This document shows positions 39,243 through 41,501 of a stretch of 41,501 bases of DNA, piece by piece (the first letter of the stretch is position 1; each line of letters starts with the position of its first letter). Below the pieces are notes generated by a model. It ran no database searches. It saw nothing but the letters and a program-made list of their open reading frames with translations, and was not told the origin of the DNA. Source of the stretch: a virus. Lineage: Duplodnaviria; Caudoviricetes. Position numbers and translations under genes: made by a program. Location: positions 1 through 41,501 of the IMG/VR virus record IMGVR_UViG_3300044878_000100; one strand, written 5' to 3'.

Positions 39243-39382
39243 AGCCCGCACCTCCCGCACGCCCCGTCAATGTGGCACCCTTCCGCGATGCATTTCCGTA
39301 GCCGGCGGGTGTGGATCGCCGCGGTAAGGTCGGCCCCGTCGCGCTGCATGCTGGCCTGGTGGGCGCGTAGGTCCTCGCTCAT
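39239..39382 (-). CDS. Small Cys-rich hypothetical protein
   Basis: MSEDLRAHQ...CIAEGCHIDGACGRCGL. Confidence 0.55.
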   Translation of the reverse strand: MSEDLRAHQASMQRDGADLTAAIHTRRLRKCIAEGCHIDGACGRCGL

Positions 39383-39573
39383 GGGGTGGCCTTTCGTGCG
39401 TCGTACATTTCCTTGGCGCGCTTGAAAGCCTTGTAGCTTCCGTATCCCTCGGCGTATGCGTTGAGCGCATTCTTCGCGGACTGTGCCAACTCCTGCAAAG
39501 TCTGATCGGCGACCACTTCACGCTCCCCGTCCCCGCCGGCCATGCTGATCAGGTGCTCGTTATAGTCGCTCAT
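39379..39573 (-). CDS. Hypothetical protein
   Basis: 64-aa ORF, overlaps. Confidence 0.65.
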   Translation of the reverse strand: MSDYNEHLISMAGGDGEREVVADQTLQELAQSAKNALNAYAEGYGSYKAFKRAKEMYDARKATP

Positions 39574-39848
39574 TTGGTCGGCTCCAATGCGGCGCGGATT
39601 TCAGCCGCGGCATGGTCCAAAGCAAGGCCATCTTCATCCGGGCCTTCGCCTTCCTGCCATGCGCCCCAGCCGAACTCGCCCTTGTAGCGCCATCCCTCGG
39701 CCAGCATCTCCACCCGGGAGAGCTGCGCGGCCTGCTTCTTCACAAGCGCAATCAGCGCTTCCCGGTCCCTGACGCTCTGTTCGACGTAGCTACCGCCGAA
39801 GTTGTCACGGTCGCGCGCGGTGCGTGCTTCTATTTCGGTCAGGTTCAT
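39570..39848 (-). CDS. Hypothetical protein
   Basis: 92-aa ORF, overlaps. Confidence 0.65.
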   Translation of the reverse strand: MNLTEIEARTARDRDNFGGSYVEQSVRDREALIALVKKQAAQLSRVEMLAEGWRYKGEFGWGAWQEGEGPDEDGLALDHAAAEIRAALEPTK

Positions 39849-39982
39849 TTCGTGGGCTCCATGTTCTCGGCGATCTTCTGCAAATTGTGGGCGATGCGCT
39901 TGATAGCACGCACATCGCGGTAGTCATGGGCGTCTTCGTCCAGGCTGTCCACGAGGGTTATCAGCTCTTGAAGGATTGTCAT
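39845..39982 (-). CDS. Small hypothetical protein (45 aa)
   Basis: MTILQELITLVDSLDED..., ATGA overlaps. Confidence 0.55.
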   Translation of the reverse strand: MTILQELITLVDSLDEDAHDYRDVRAIKRIAHNLQKIAENMEPTK

Positions 39983-40169
39983 GACGTCGCCCGCAGGTCA
40001 TTGGCGAGGTTCCGATACTTCGCGGCGAGTCGGTACGCGATGTTCGCGTCTTCGGCATATTTGACGCCAAGGTTGTCTCCGGCTGATTCGAACTTGTCCG
40101 CAATCCCCTTGAGGTGCCTGTATCGAATGAGGTTGATGTCTGGTACGTGGGTCATGGTGCTCATCTCCA
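39979..40169 (-). CDS. Hypothetical protein
   Basis: ORF after putative promoter; start uncertain. Confidence 0.6.
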
Positions 40170-40205
40170 TTTCGTGCCCACCGCGCAAGGGTGGGGCGTG
40201 TGACT

Positions 40206-40241
40206 AGTCTACTGCACTGGGGCAGTGAATCACAGTGACTT
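40206..40241 (-). promoter_or_regulatory. Putative promoter with CAGTGA box copy 5
   Basis: -10 TAGACT 40206-40211 (minus); GCAGTGAATCACAGTGACTT 40222-40241. Confidence 0.6.
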
Positions 40242-40246
40242 GGTGG

Positions 40247-40603
40247 TCAAAGTTGCGGGCGTTTTCCTGTGAGGATGCTGGTCAAGTCTGCGAGGGTCAT
40301 TGTGACCCATTGTTCGCCGGCCTTACCCTTCCCGTGACGCTTGTGCACGATGACCCCGGCGAGAGCTTCGTCGTTGATCCGCTCGGCTTCAGCTTCGTTG
40401 GCCCAGGTTCCGAGGCTGATCTTCGCCGTGTTCTTCGCCTCAAACACGAGCCGCTGGTCGTGCGCATGAACCCCGCCGATGTCGCCGCGGTCCCTACTGC
40501 CTGACTTGACGCGGCGGTCGGCGAACGGGAAGCCATGCGCCTTGAAATAGTCAGCGATCATGCGCTCAAAGCTCGAGCCCTTCTGGCGGTGGTAGCTGCT
40601 CAT
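40247..40603 (-). CDS. Holliday junction resolvase (Hjc-like PD-(D/E)XK)
   Basis: RQKGSSFER...DRGDI...FEAKN. Confidence 0.85.
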   Translation of the reverse strand: MSSYHRQKGSSFERMIADYFKAHGFPFADRRVKSGSRDRGDIGGVHAHDQRLVFEAKNTAKISLGTWANEAEAERINDEALAGVIVHKRHGKGKAGEQWVTMTLADLTSILTGKRPQL

Positions 40604-40656
40604 TTGGTGAAACCTTCCATTTTCGTTTCTAAGGGCCTAGTTTTCGCAGGCCGCAT

Positions 40657-40676
40657 ACAGTGACTCACAGTGACTT
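40657..40676 (+). promoter_or_regulatory. CAGTGA box copy 6
   Basis: ACAGTGACTCACAGTGACTT, intergenic. Confidence 0.7.
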
Positions 40677-40684
40677 TGGGGGCG

Positions 40685-41086
40685 TTAAAAGTGGATCCCA
40701 CGGCTTGCCAGGTCCCTTTGGCGCTCCTGCCGCCCCTGCTCGAACAGCCGATCCCACTCCTCCGGGTTCCTGGCCCGCCAGCTCTTTTGAATCTTCCCGT
40801 CGTTAGCTTCGAGTTGCCTGCGGGTCTGCGGCGCCTCAATCGCACGGTTGCCGGCTTCCCTCGAGGCCCGGTTGTTCAAGGCCCGCTTGAGGATCCCGCC
40901 CGGTTGCGCCTGCTGCCCAGGATTAGCCCTGTAGTGCTGCACCACGGCCTCCTCGGCCTCGGTGTAGCTGATCGGCCCCATCGAGTGCTGCCAGATGTCA
41001 GCCGCCGCATCGTTGGCCTGCACGAACGGGTCGAACTGGTTGACCCAGATCACCAGCCGCGTTGTCTCCATCAAATCCATGGTCAT
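40685..41086 (-). CDS. Helicase loader/inhibitor-like protein downstream of Rep
   Basis: Synteny; W...M..ISY.EA..AV..HY pattern. Confidence 0.55.
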   Translation of the reverse strand: MTMDLMETTRLVIWVNQFDPFVQANDAAADIWQHSMGPISYTEAEEAVVQHYRANPGQQAQPGGILKRALNNRASREAGNRAIEAPQTRRQLEANDGKIQKSWRARNPEEWDRLFEQGRQERQRDLASRGIHF

Positions 41087-41501
41087 CCCTCAATCTCGAA
41101 AATGTGTGCTTGCCGTTCCTGCTTCGCCTGAGCCCGCTGCAACAGTTCGAGGCCTGCCTGCAACCTGACCTGCGAACCGGTGGGCCTCATCTGGACCCCG
41201 CCCTTCGCCGGCAGTGGCCCGTCGTCCCAGCAGCCTCCGTTCAACCATGTGGCCGGTAGCTTCGTAAACTCCTGCTCCCGGTTCGGATCCGCCGCGTACC
41301 GCCTCACGCCCTCGAGGAGTTCTTCAGCCGTGGCGGTCTTCCTGGCCTTGGCGTATGCCTTCTCGGCTAAAGCCCTTGACGCCTTCCGCGGATATTCGAG
41401 ATACCAGTCCATGAACTCATCGGCTCTATGAGATACAGAAGCTTTAGCTTCTGTTGTATCTGTATCTGTATCTGTATCTGTATCTGCTACAAGTTTGCTA
41501 G
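41083..41501 (-). CDS. Replication initiator, 3' part
   Basis: WYLEYPRK....AEKAY.KA...LPATWLN...WDD. Confidence 0.85.
   Translation of the reverse strand, partial: SKLVADTDTDTDTDTTEAKASVSHRADEFMDWYLEYPRKASRALAEKAYAKARKTATAEELLEGVRRYAADPNREQEFTKLPATWLNGGCWDDGPLPAKGGVQMRPTGSQVRLQAGLELLQRAQAKQERQAHIFEIEG
41355..41501 (+). repeat. Terminal overlap copy 2, (TGTATC)x5
   Basis: Matches 1-141 plus one extra hexamer. Confidence 0.95.

Larger units (their letters stand above)
1..41501. mobile_element. Complete temperate siphovirus genome (actinobacteriophage, probable Arthrobacter-like host), circular assembly
   Basis: Full packaging, head, tail, lysis, integration, immunity and replication modules; no host genes; end overlap joins one ORF (Rep) in frame. 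Confidence 0.95.

Noticed and set aside
2563-40676. CRISPR array from the repeated 20-mers
   Set aside because: Copies are dispersed over kilobases, with no repeat-spacer periodicity and no cas operon
41355-41501. Physical direct terminal repeats of the virion DNA
   Set aside because: The overlap falls mid-rep, far from the terminase genes, and looks like an assembler overlap; gene order suggests cos ends near 33.8 kb

Overview
The window is an apparently complete (~41.35 kb non-redundant), circularly assembled genome of a temperate siphovirus. High GC, gene families and a tRNA-Ala attP point to an actinobacterial host, most likely Arthrobacter/Micrococcaceae (inference). The contig opens inside the replication-initiator gene, and bases 1-141 recur at 41355-41501 with one extra TGTATC unit. 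Minus strand: cro-led early operon (GIY-YIG, Xis-like HTH, RecE-like exonuclease, NrdH, SSB, cytosine methylase, Rep, helicase loader, Holliday junction resolvase), a late-leader region, terminase/portal/capsid/tail genes with a -1 frameshifted tail chaperone, two enzymatic tail proteins, and lysis genes. Plus strand: a two-HTH repressor, an ImmA-type protease, attP, four small genes, a tyrosine integrase, and two leaderless antisense morons. Most notable observations: (i) a six-copy intergenic CAGTGA-N4-CAGTGA motif shared by attP and putative promoters; (ii) a ~490-nt region with no credible ORF and many stems (candidate large ncRNA), plus a second ~210-nt one near the putative cos; (iii) a possible LexA > ImmA > cryptic ssrA-like degron induction switch; (iv) two H-type pseudoknots in late-operon intergenic regions. 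All calls come from manual reading; no database searches were run.
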